This document shows, in pieces, positions 38,601 to 45,263 of a stretch of DNA of 64,000 bases. The notes below the pieces were generated by a model. The model made no database searches, had not been told where the DNA came from, and worked only from the letters and a program-made list of their open reading frames with translations. Numbering within the stretch: the first letter of the stretch is position 1; each line of letters starts with the position of its first letter. A program made the position numbers and the translations under genes. The DNA comes from Octopus bimaculoides (lineage: Eukaryota), in the NCBI RefSeq assembly GCF_001194135.2, contig NC_068990.1, forward strand, positions 94,348,078 through 94,412,077, given 5' to 3'.

Positions 38601-40144
38601 ATGTCTGCTAGTCTGTTAATATAGCAGTAATTAAGTATTTATTACATCTACTTCTTCACATGAGACCCTTTGAGTTCAAATCAGTGATGTGTTTGTATTC
38701 CCGAGGAACATCATATCATGCAGTTGTGCACTTTCCAAGTTTAGTGGAATAAGAAATCCTTTACTTGTAAAACAGACCAGTATAAGAAAAATGTAAAAAT
38801 GAATGCACTCATGTGTATATCACTGTTATCAATGATTCAATAATTCTATCAAGTGAGGTGTGTAAATGTGTCTTCTGCTTTTCTGTCTCTCTTGCTAATA
38901 ATTTGTTTTTAGTAGATTGCTGAAAAATTAAGCCATCATTGTGTGATATATCACCTAGTAGTAATAACGAGCTGTTTCTGGTTATGTTTCTAGGTGAGAA
39001 CAACTGGTCGTGTGGATGTACAGACACATCAGCCTATAAAAGGTAGAAAACGTGGTGGTGGTGCTCGGTTTGGAGAAATGGAAAGAGATGCCCTCATTGC
39101 ACATGGTTCTTCGTTTCTTTTGCAAGACCGTTTACTCAACTGTACTGACCGATGCCTGGTCAGTGTTGCTTTTCTTATTATTCAACAATTTTGACAAGTT
39201 CTTTTTAATATCTTTCTCAGGCCTCCATCAATCAAAGTTAACCATAGATCTATACATACCTATGTGCAGGCCACCTAAGCAGAGCTTTTTTTTTCTTTTC
39301 TTTTTTAAAATTTTGTTGAAGGAAGACTGTCAGGGGCTCATGCATGCTAGTCCCCTCTTACACACCATCGTCATTTAGTGACCATGTTCCTTGATGTCTT
39401 TTGTTGGATAGTTTGACAGGATCCAATGGCCCCCAAGGGCTACATCAGTACCTGCTTTGCCATGGTGTTTATGGCTGGGTACCCTTCCAAATGCCCCTCA
39501 ATTTACAGTGTGTTTGTGTGACACCAGTATTTATGTGTTTGTTGCCATGCAGCACACAAGGTTAAGATCCCCTTCAACTGAGGGGGACTACAGAAGAGAG
39601 GGAGGCAGCTTTATACTTGGGGATGAAGGGTTAAATTATAGAAGGGGACCAGCAAAGAATGGGTTTCTTGTTGAGGCTACTCATATTATAGAAAAGAGAA
39701 TGGAAATAGCCAGGGTAAAGCTGGATTATAGATAAAAATAGGGGTAATGAAATGTCAGGGTGAACTCTCAAGGGACACCAAACCATGTTGATTTCACTGA
39801 TCTGGAAGGGCCTTTCCCTCCAGGTAGAACCCTTAAAAAGATAATCTCTCTTTTATAATCATTGTAGTAGGGATTGAACACCTGATGTTCAGGTCTTTGG
39901 TCTTTTTAATCATGTTTTTTTAATTTTATTTCAGACAAAAGTTTGCACTGAATGTGGAAATATACTTTCTCCTATTCAGTCCCCGGTTGATAGCACAAAA
40001 ATAGCTTATGATATGCAACATTGGTCATGCATGTTATGTAAGAAGTCAGAGACTATTAAAAATATCACCATTCCATATGTGTTCCGTTACCTTGTCGCAG
40101 AATTGGCTGCTGTAAACATCAACCTAAAAGTTGATGTTAAATGA
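804..40144 (+). CDS. POLR1B: DNA-directed RNA polymerase I subunit RPA2, complete 31-exon gene (3384 nt, 1127 aa)
   Basis: Manual splicing of 31 GT-AG exons gives one continuous frame with consistent phases. Motifs present: [84 protein letters not shown] and a C-terminal zinc site CTEC..CMLC. Collinear with human POLR1B as recalled. Confidence 0.97.
2525..2602 (+). CDS. POLR1B: POLR1B exon 2 ([26 protein letters not shown])
   Basis: ag/gtaagt; HVDSFN motif. Confidence 0.92.
3533..3592 (+). CDS. POLR1B: POLR1B exon 3 ([20 protein letters not shown])
   Basis: ag/gtaagt; phase 0-0. Confidence 0.88.
4270..4720 (+). mobile_element. highly decayed RTE LINE 3' fragment
   Basis: Visible similarity to the 8700-9300 element in the opposite orientation. 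Confidence 0.5.
4816..4890 (+). CDS. POLR1B: POLR1B exon 4 (DIFIGNPTV...LYPAE)
   Basis: ag/gtaagt; YPAE motif. Confidence 0.93.
6100..6219 (+). CDS. POLR1B: POLR1B exon 5 ([10 protein letters not shown]...GDVPVMVK)
   Basis: aag acceptor, gtatgt donor. Confidence 0.95.
6809..7320 (+). mobile_element. piggyBac (PGBD4-like) transposase N-terminal relic
   Basis: Acidic S/D/E-rich N-terminus, then FVDQSGP...FIHLFF, then after a frameshift LGTEANKY...KHSK..KW. These resemble piggyBac FFxLFF and ETNxY motifs. TIRs not found. Confidence 0.55.
7890..7955 (+). CDS. POLR1B: POLR1B exon 6 ([22 protein letters not shown])
   Basis: ag/gtacgt. Confidence 0.95.
8480..9350 (-). mobile_element. 5'-truncated RTE-clade LINE (decayed ORF2 C-terminus plus 3' UTR)
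   Basis: Minus-strand translation resembles an RTE ORF2 end ([14 protein letters not shown]...[16 protein letters not shown]), followed by the abundant 3' UTR repeat. Confidence 0.8.
9619..9693 (+). CDS. POLR1B: POLR1B exon 7 ([25 protein letters not shown])
   Basis: ag/gtaagt; GGYFIING motif. Confidence 0.97.
10225..10430 (+). mobile_element. SINE, family A (B-box-like gagttcaaatt, gcctttcatcct core)
   Basis: Recurs at ~5010-5165, 5175-5340, 24000-24120 (+) and ~27773-27905, 34695-34810, 41355-41465, 57355-57560, 58232-58450 (-). Confidence 0.7.
10454..10514. repeat. (TA)n microsatellite
   Basis: About 30 perfect units. Confidence 0.98.
10974..11072 (+). CDS. POLR1B: POLR1B exon 8 ([33 protein letters not shown])
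   Basis: ag/gtatga; phase 0-0. Confidence 0.9.
12577..12672 (+). CDS. POLR1B: POLR1B exon 9 ([10 protein letters not shown]...IMYLLK)
   Basis: ag/gtaagt; HYLxNG motif. Confidence 0.93.
12740..12972 (-). mobile_element. second TTAA-type MITE family
   Basis: Ends ...aaaagggttgaa; related copies near 28740-28930, 34120-34300, 51360-51525 and 52250-52465. Confidence 0.55.
13150..13620 (-). mobile_element. RTE LINE 3' UTR fragment with (CAT)n tail
   Basis: catcatcat...ttccatgttagcatgggtt...cagctggatgcccttcctaatgcc family motifs. Confidence 0.75.
14405..14481 (+). CDS. POLR1B: POLR1B exon 10 ([25 protein letters not shown])
   Basis: ag/gtaaag; phase 0-2. Confidence 0.93.
15066..15398. mobile_element. 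possible Harbinger-like MITE
   Basis: GC-rich termini (gaccgtcgcta..gggccc / gggccc..gctattgccctg) around an AT-rich core. Confidence 0.4.
15631..15774 (+). CDS. POLR1B: POLR1B exon 11 (CIIFMLRQ...LKYLGSNFR...GEKLL)
   Basis: ag/gtaagt; phase 2-2. Confidence 0.93.
15909..15962 (+). CDS. POLR1B: POLR1B exon 12 ([17 protein letters not shown])
   Basis: ag/gtaagt; phase 2-2. Confidence 0.94.
16562..17042 (-). mobile_element. young-looking RTE LINE 3' UTR copy
   Basis: (CAT)n tail, ttaacgtccgctttccatgctagcatgggttgg; CpGs intact; internal tandem units related to the 67-bp array. Confidence 0.8.
17518..17635 (+). CDS. POLR1B: POLR1B exon 13 ([21 protein letters not shown]...LVLF)
   Basis: ag/gtaagt; phase 2-0. 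Confidence 0.94.
17660..17995 (-). mobile_element. SINE, family B (gggcaagtgtcttctactatagc / accaaagc...gatttggtagac core)
   Basis: Related copies or parts at ~8130-8230, 19650-19810, 20630-20830, 29230-29537, 33410-33680, 36570-36790, 57725-57960 and 63421-63750. Confidence 0.65.
18120..18330 (+). mobile_element. TTAA-type (piggyBac-like) MITE
   Basis: Termini accctttagcatt...aatgctaaaatgttaa; same family inverted at ~35599-35818 and ~36790-36970. Confidence 0.7.
18907..18991 (+). CDS. POLR1B: POLR1B exon 14 ([28 protein letters not shown])
   Basis: ag/gtattt; phase 0-1 links exons 13 and 15. Confidence 0.85.
19437..19604. mobile_element. palindromic MITE-like element with about 45-bp imperfect TIRs
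   Basis: caatttcatttgatttactcctggaagatgcaaaaagaggcag versus the reverse complement of ctgcctgcttttgcatcttctaggggtggagtcaaatgaaattg. Confidence 0.7.
20168..20277 (+). CDS. POLR1B: POLR1B exon 15 (ILNEAI...[18 protein letters not shown])
   Basis: ag/gtatgt; ATGN motif; phase 1-0. Confidence 0.93.
20870..21140 (+). mobile_element. RTE 3' UTR-family copy with an internal 24-bp tandem expansion
   Basis: tgtaaaagcacccgtggggatccc about 4.5 times (20878-20986), then the family core and an (ATG)n tail. Confidence 0.75.
21204..21339 (+). CDS. POLR1B: POLR1B exon 16 ([12 protein letters not shown]...RKLYPESW)
   Basis: ag/gtaagt; phase 0-1. Confidence 0.96.
21845..22055 (-). mobile_element. internally deleted Tc1-family transposase relic
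   Basis: [24 protein letters not shown] fused to [35 protein letters not shown]. Confidence 0.85.
23330..23403 (+). CDS. POLR1B: POLR1B exon 17 ([25 protein letters not shown])
   Basis: ag/gtacct; CPVHTPDG motif. Confidence 0.97.
24969..25175 (+). CDS. POLR1B: POLR1B exon 18 (IVNTLYDL...LDPSSK)
   Basis: ag/gtaaga. Confidence 0.94.
25290..25760 (-). mobile_element. RTE (BovB-like) LINE ORF2 internal fragment
   Basis: [21 protein letters not shown]...IWEEE motif, with the upstream linker ([12 protein letters not shown]); stops and frameshifts. Confidence 0.85.
25945..26142 (+). CDS. POLR1B: POLR1B exon 19 (VPVTLEIC...SLYPG...RLVRPV...IHDG)
   Basis: ag/gtaagt. Confidence 0.96.
27195..27302 (+). 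CDS. POLR1B: POLR1B exon 20 (ITTHMEL...[16 protein letters not shown])
   Basis: ag/gtaaat. Confidence 0.97.
27663..27772. other. assembly gap (110 N) in POLR1B intron 20
   Basis: N run; exons 20 and 21 are contiguous in the protein, so no coding exon appears to be missing. Confidence 0.98.
28081..28257 (+). CDS. POLR1B: POLR1B exon 21 (MGKQTVG...YRLQTPQSP...VAVLSYT)
   Basis: ag/gtaaac. Confidence 0.97.
29120..29203 (+). CDS. POLR1B: POLR1B exon 22 ([28 protein letters not shown])
   Basis: ag/gtaagt; GYDMEDA motif. Confidence 0.97.
30521..30569 (+). CDS. POLR1B: POLR1B exon 23 ([16 protein letters not shown])
   Basis: aag/gtaagt; 49 nt supplies the required phase 0-1 link; IDL motif. Confidence 0.85.
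30880..30964 (+). CDS. POLR1B: POLR1B exon 24 ([17 protein letters not shown]...SPYY)
   Basis: ag/gtacac; LDxDGLP motif; phase 1-2. Confidence 0.96.
31695..31836 (+). CDS. POLR1B: POLR1B exon 25 (YFNLETS...IIVLRVP)
   Basis: ag/gtatgt; phase 2-0. Confidence 0.95.
32170..32580 (+). mobile_element. Penelope-like retroelement RT relic
   Basis: Fragments [25 protein letters not shown] and ITWFKFPY match Penelope RT motifs; heavily decayed. Confidence 0.75.
33760..33818 (+). CDS. POLR1B: POLR1B exon 26 ([19 protein letters not shown])
   Basis: ag/gtaagg; GDKFxSRHGQKG motif. Confidence 0.98.
34422..34519 (+). CDS. POLR1B: POLR1B exon 27 ([10 protein letters not shown]...[11 protein letters not shown])
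   Basis: ag/gtaact; phase 2-1. Confidence 0.98.
35599..35818 (-). mobile_element. TTAA-type MITE, same family as 18120
   Basis: ttaaccattta...gctgaagggttaa termini; shared internal ggatctg/cagcctctcacacc core. Confidence 0.7.
35966..36091 (+). CDS. POLR1B: POLR1B exon 28 ([16 protein letters not shown]...GKLLTA)
   Basis: ag/gttagt; phase 1-1. Confidence 0.96.
36790..36970 (-). mobile_element. TTAA-type MITE, same family (partial)
   Basis: ...ctctcacacctaccctacaatgtcattcta...gaatgcaaaagggttaa. Confidence 0.65.
37247..37374 (+). CDS. POLR1B: POLR1B exon 29 ([14 protein letters not shown]...[14 protein letters not shown])
   Basis: ag/gtgaga; phase 1-0. Confidence 0.98.
38994..39158 (+). CDS. 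POLR1B: POLR1B exon 30 (VRTTG...[14 protein letters not shown]...DRCL)
   Basis: ag/gtcagt. Confidence 0.98.
39935..40144 (+). CDS. POLR1B: POLR1B exon 31 (TKVCTECG...CMLC...[23 protein letters not shown])
   Basis: ag acceptor; zinc-binding CxxC pair; TGA at 40142-40144. Confidence 0.97.
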   Translation, partial: TKVCTECGNILSPIQSPVDSTKIAYDMQHWSCMLCKKSETIKNITIPYVFRYLVAELAAVNINLKVDVK

Positions 40145-40348
40145 TGCGTTTGTTGTATGACACCTGTAAGTATTTTGATGATAGGTTTTTTCTTGGAGTT
40201 AATGAGCTGCTGATAAATTCATCAAAGATTTTTTGTTTTCTTTTATTGTATCATGTACACCTGACAGTTATTGGAAAGCAGCTATTTGTCAAGTCAGTGT
40301 ATAAAAAATCAGTTTTCTAAATTTCCTGTTTTATCAACAACAACTTGT

Positions 40349-40354
40349 AATAAA
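40349..40354 (+). terminator. candidate POLR1B polyadenylation signal AATAAA
   Basis: AATAAA about 205 nt after the stop codon. Confidence 0.5.
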
Positions 40355-40516
40355 GATATTTTTATACATAATTTTGATTAATCTTCTCTCTATATTATTG
40401 TTTTCATATGTGTGGAGATGGAAATGAATATAAAACAATATTTTTTATGTTATTTTATTGTTTGTAGACTGAAGACGATCAGTGAAATGAGAAGAGTTTC
40501 TATTCATTTTGGAAAC

Positions 40517-40881
40517 TTAATGATATGGCTTGTCAATGCGATGAGTGTACTGTGTTCCTGTGCAAAAAACATTTTCGTACATAGGGTTATTCCGATCAAT
40601 TTCTTCTGTGAAGCTTGTCTTCCCTGAAACAATGTTTGGAATATGGCCATAATTGGGTACATCGCAGGGCCCTATTTTAAAAATCGAAGATACGTCTTTA
40701 TGTCGCCTGTAAAGCTTTTCGTCTAAGACATCGTGATAGTTTATGTAATAACGTCTGCATGGCATAGGTGCCATGTGAAATTTGTTTGCTGTTTGAGAAT
40801 ACAAGAGTTCCCGCTTGTAGCCATTTAACATCAAATGGGGATGTATACTTGGAAGTATGCCAATATTTCTATATCGAAAAC
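40517..40881 (-). CDS. uncharacterised protein, last coding exon (CFRYRNIGILPSIHPHLMLNGYKREL...HRIDKPYH*)
   Basis: Strong acceptor (ttttttattttttttag); open frame of 121 codons including the stop; spliced product is 206 aa. Confidence 0.75.
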
Positions 40882-41638
40882 CTAAAAAAATAAAAAAGTG
40901 ATAGATTTTTTAAAAAGAAAATAGTCTATTTATCACATAATACATTATTTATTTAAAATATTATTTTAGAAACATTGGGAAACATGAAAATAAGTAAATG
41001 AATCTTTGTATAAAGAAATTATTGAGTTAAAAAAGACCATTGGACAGAAAATAAAGAGATGGAAAACCACTTGCATGATTCAAACGACATATTTACGGTA
41101 AACTTGATTATTGTGACATTGTTTTACCAAATCAACTTCCTGATCACTCAAATAAGATGCTTTTCATCTTACAAAGTGAGAAACAAAGTTTATTTATGTT
41201 TAGAACCAATTAGGTTGAATAATATGAAAATTGGGGGTCTTTTATGATGTATCTTGGGTACAAAGTTATAAAGAATAGTTCATAATTATTTCACATGCCA
41301 GCCTCTACTTGCTGTATATACTTGATTATACTGGAAACAATCACAGCATATCTCCAAAGGTAGTGGGCTATCATCATTGCCTCAGCAGAATTTGAACTCA
41401 GAACAAAGTGACAGACAAAATACCGCTAAGCATTTCGCCCGGCATACTAACGATTCTGCCAGCTAATAATAAACTATAATTAAATCCCTTTATCATTCAC
41501 TTACAGATTTTATTTATATGAGTGTCTCTGTTTAATATAGTAAGGATTTTATTCAAGTTGGTTTGTTTGGGCAACAACAATCACTGTAATATTAAACAAA
41601 AGTAATTATTTCAGAAATATAAAAAGGAAAAAGCTTAC

Positions 41639-41894
41639 ATGATGGAGTGTCTCTTGTTCGAACAAAGTCGACATATTGATCTTCACATTGTATGTCCATA
41701 CTGTCCCTCTTGATTAAATCTGGTAAAGTCCTGTAGTTATGGTATGCAATCCATCTCCTTTCACTTGGTACATAATATGCTGGACCTCTCCAGTTATGGG
41801 ACTTCCAGTCTCCAGACAAATAATTATTTGTTGGCATATGGTACTCAGGTACTTTAGCTCCTGATGGAGTCACACCGGCAGGTGAAAAAAGCAT
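41639..41894 (-). CDS. uncharacterised protein, first coding exon (MLFSPAGVTP...WRGPAYYVPSERRWIAYHNYRTLP...RDTPS)
   Basis: Acceptor (ctttccctttcag) just before 41898, ATG at 41894, donor gtaagc at 41638; phase 1 joins the next exon in frame. Confidence 0.75.
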
Positions 41895-42674
41895 TCTTCT
41901 GAAAGGGAAAGTCAAGAAGGAATCTTCTGTGCAATGGTGTCACTCTGGGTATTGAAATAAGATTCATGCGATAACAAATGAGCAGACCAGTTAGAACACT
42001 TGGATGTACTCAAATGAATAGGGGAGTGACCCTGAAGGGCTTCTCAGGACAGCACACTCTATAAGCTATGCCACTGAATCTATTGCAAATATCTTTTCAA
42101 GATAATACAGATTTTATTCTCAACTACTGGGTAAGTTAAAATGTGAAAAATTCATGAAACCCCTGCAGGAAAATCCCACCCAGGCCATTCAAATTGGCAG
42201 TTCAATAACATAACTATTTAAGATGTTAAGAAATAGAAGCCTTTTAAAAGGGCTAGAAATCAATATAAGAATGAGGAAAGAAATCCTCATAAAGGGGTTT
42301 CGAAATGAGGATCTGCCTCAACTCATTATGTAAACGAGCCACTATCTGTTTCATGGTTGGACCATCAGTGACTAAACTACAGAAAAGTTTTTAAATTGTG
42401 ATAGAATATGACTGGGATTAAGGAATGGCTACAGTTGCATGGTGTTCACTGATCCACCTCTGAGTCTTGTTTGAGATACTTTACTTCATCTAAACAGTGT
42501 GGGATACAGTTTGTCCTAGAGTTAAATTTTTACAAGATTTTCCCCATAAATTACTTTATAATCGTAATGTATGCCGTTTGAAAGGTATTTTATATAAAAT
42601 TTCATTGAAAAAAAAAAAACTATTTTCCTAAAAGTTATGAAGGAAAAACCCGGATCTTGTGAATTTTCCGAGGT

Positions 42675-42698
42675 CCCCGCCCCCGTTGCTTTGCGCGC
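42675..42698. promoter_or_regulatory. GC box (CCCCGCCCCC) in a short CpG-rich patch
   Basis: Sp/KLF-type motif followed by GCGCGC in otherwise very AT-rich DNA, upstream of the minus-strand gene. Confidence 0.35.
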
Positions 42699-43441
42699 AT
42701 TTTTTTTTTTTTTTTTTGCATATTCGTTTCCTACACATTTTTTTTTTTTTTTAACACCCATTGCACTATTTTTTTGATTTTCGTTTCCAGGTCAAGTTGT
42801 AAACATTACCTGTATTTATTGATAACAAACTAAATCACAGATTAGTGTTTGGGCGATGCTGCTGGCTAACCCCTCGACTTTAAGAGGAAAAATCCAGATA
42901 CAGGGAATAATTGTGTTTGGTTGTGTAATTCGGACTAGCAAAACAAAATTTGTTTCACGTTTTCAAGAATTTTAATTTACCAATTTACTTTGATAGTAAA
43001 TCTATCGTTCAGTTGAAAATGTAAGCTTGCGTGTATGTAATCACAATAAAATTTTTGGATAAGGGTATTCGGATTTTATTTTGTTTCTTTTATTTTTCTA
43101 TCACTAATTACAAAAATGGAAACCACAAAGTTATTCAAAAGTCATCGACTTTAAGCAAATTCTATTTTACTTCCATGTCCGTATGTTCCTGTGGCGAGAG
43201 AAGAGAATATAAATTGCTTACGTATCGAAATCGTGACCTCATACTAATAAAAACACGCGTACACATGTAATGTCATTCATTCTCTGAAAACTTCCTTAAA
43301 TATTTATTAATCTGAGAAAACTATTCAAACAAAAGCGATTCAGAAGAAAATGGAAATTTTATAAAATCAATATCTTACATGGATTTCTGTTTATTGAAAT
43401 TCACTAGATTGCGCGAAACATCCAAATACTACAACTTCCCT

Positions 43442-43489
43442 GTTGCTATGGTAAACTTGCGTCACATCCTGTCCTGCTGCCTTAGTAAC
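43442..43489. promoter_or_regulatory. two RFX X-box-like motifs in a CpG-enriched promoter-like segment
   Basis: GTTGCTATGGTAAAC (43442-43456) and GCTGCCTTAGTAAC (43476-43489) are imperfect matches to GTTRCCATGGYAAC. Confidence 0.4.
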
Positions 43490-44852
43490 GATATTTATTC
43501 AGCGTACAGTATCGAAGTTGTTAAATAGTCATTACTGCCGGGTCGCGGCTGAGTACACCGCTTGTTCTTGTATGTGTGACCCACCATCGCCCCCGCTGCT
43601 CACTTTGTTCTTTTTATTTTTATTGAAGACCTCTGTTGCAAGTATTTGAGCCAGGTTTGAGAATATTTAACGCTGATCTCAGGAGCCCTGTAAAGGGGCA
43701 TGGACCCTTCTCACTTGATTAAAAAAAGATTTTAAAAAACAGCAAACAAAAATAAACACTACACAGATTGAAAATGTTTAGCAAAGTTGATTGTTTTTTG
43801 CAATCAAGTAAATATCTGTTTTGTGGGGAATTTTTCTTCTTCTTTTTCTGAACGTAATCTAGGTTGACCAATAAAAGAGAGTGTCTGAAGGGTTTTAGGA
43901 GACAGCTGTTGGTCAAGCCTGAATTATTACAAGGTTGTATCTGTGTAATGATGCAGCAAGAGTAGAGAAGCAGTTTGTTGGTTATTTGAAATGAAGACTT
44001 TCTACCAATAAAATTGCACGCATGTGATGTCTGAAAGATTTCAACGTAATCCTTTCGTCACTGAAAATTTTATTAAATATTCGTAGAATATAGAAAACTT
44101 GGCGGACAAGGCGGACCTTATCCGCCGAAATCTTACTATTCGGACCCTGCATAATTTGAAGTGTACTCTCTCGCTCAGTCAGTCGGAGGTCAGTTTCCAC
44201 AAATAAAGCTACCAAATCCTGACTGCATTTATAATACAATATGAATCAAAGTATTTTAGAATGATAAAACAGATTTCATTTAATTTGTCTATAAATTTTG
44301 TTGACTGGCTAGAATTATCATGAGTATATATTTTAAAATAAAATAGAAAAGTTACAGATTTTAGCTCGCCTTTAGTCGAACACATTAATAGTCATGTGCT
44401 GTCTTGAAAAGTAACGTAATGCATTACTTGTCAACTTATCTGGCGATCCTGATGTAGAAGAAAAGATTTCCAGACTGGTTTATCGAAGTTTTGAAGCAAA
44501 GTAGTTCATTATGGATGCATTCATCATTATTCAATTGTAAGAATTGAAGGAAATAAAACATAAAATAGCCAGGTCAGAAAGATCGGGGTGATGATAAGAC
44601 ACGGGATAAGGGACACATCCAAAACATAGAAATAGGCTGGAATTTTTGGTAATGACTAGAGTCCGTTCGAGACACGTTGAGGATGATGGCTGTAGTGACC
44701 AGAGAAAGTTTTTGCTGTTTGGTAACAGTGTGCAGCGGTGGTGAGGCGAGTGGGGTTGAGAAGAGAATTCGTCGCGGAGAGAGCGAAGTAATAAAAAATT
44801 GGTAACTTTATTTGTAGGATTACTATTTACATATGATTATGGTGCAAAAAGA

Positions 44853-45263
44853 TTTTTATGTGCCACCAGCACGGAAGCCAGTAAAGGAGGCGCAGGCATC
44901 AGCCTCGTTCAGATGGTGCTTTTTATGTGCCACCAGCCCGGACGCCACTCAAGGCGGCGCTGGAGTCAGGCACGTTCATATAGTTGTTTTTATGTGCCCC
45001 CAGCACGGAAGCCATATTAAAAAAAAACATCTGAACGAGTCTGATGCCAGAGCCGCCTTGAGTTGCGTCCGGGCTGGTGGCACATAAAAAGCACCATCTG
45101 AACGAGGCTGATGCCAGCGCCGCCTTGAGTTGCGTCCGTGCTGGTGGCACATAAAAAGCGGCATCTTAACGAGGCTGATGGCAGCGCCGCCTTCAGTTGC
45201 GTCCTTGCTGGTGGCACATAAAAAGCACCATCTGAACGAGGCTGATGCCAGTGCATGTTTGAG
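44853..45263. repeat. 67-bp tandem array, two blocks in opposite orientation (left flank of the satellite)
   Basis: Unit gaacgaggctgatgccagcgccgccttgagttgcgtccgtgctggtggcacataaaaagcaccatct starts at 45033, 45100, 45167 and 45234; reverse-complement copies at ~44853-45014. Confidence 0.9.

Noticed and set aside
37560-38610. Non-repetitive, GC-richer stretch in intron 29, possible old DNA transposon
   Set aside because: No transposase motif or TIR could be identified in any frame, so it is left unannotated.
885-39934. U12-type introns or intronic snoRNA/tRNA genes in POLR1B
   Set aside because: All 30 donors are ordinary GT (none GTATCCTT). No C/D or H/ACA snoRNA or full tRNA cloverleaf was recognisable by eye; the B-box-like motifs belong to SINEs.
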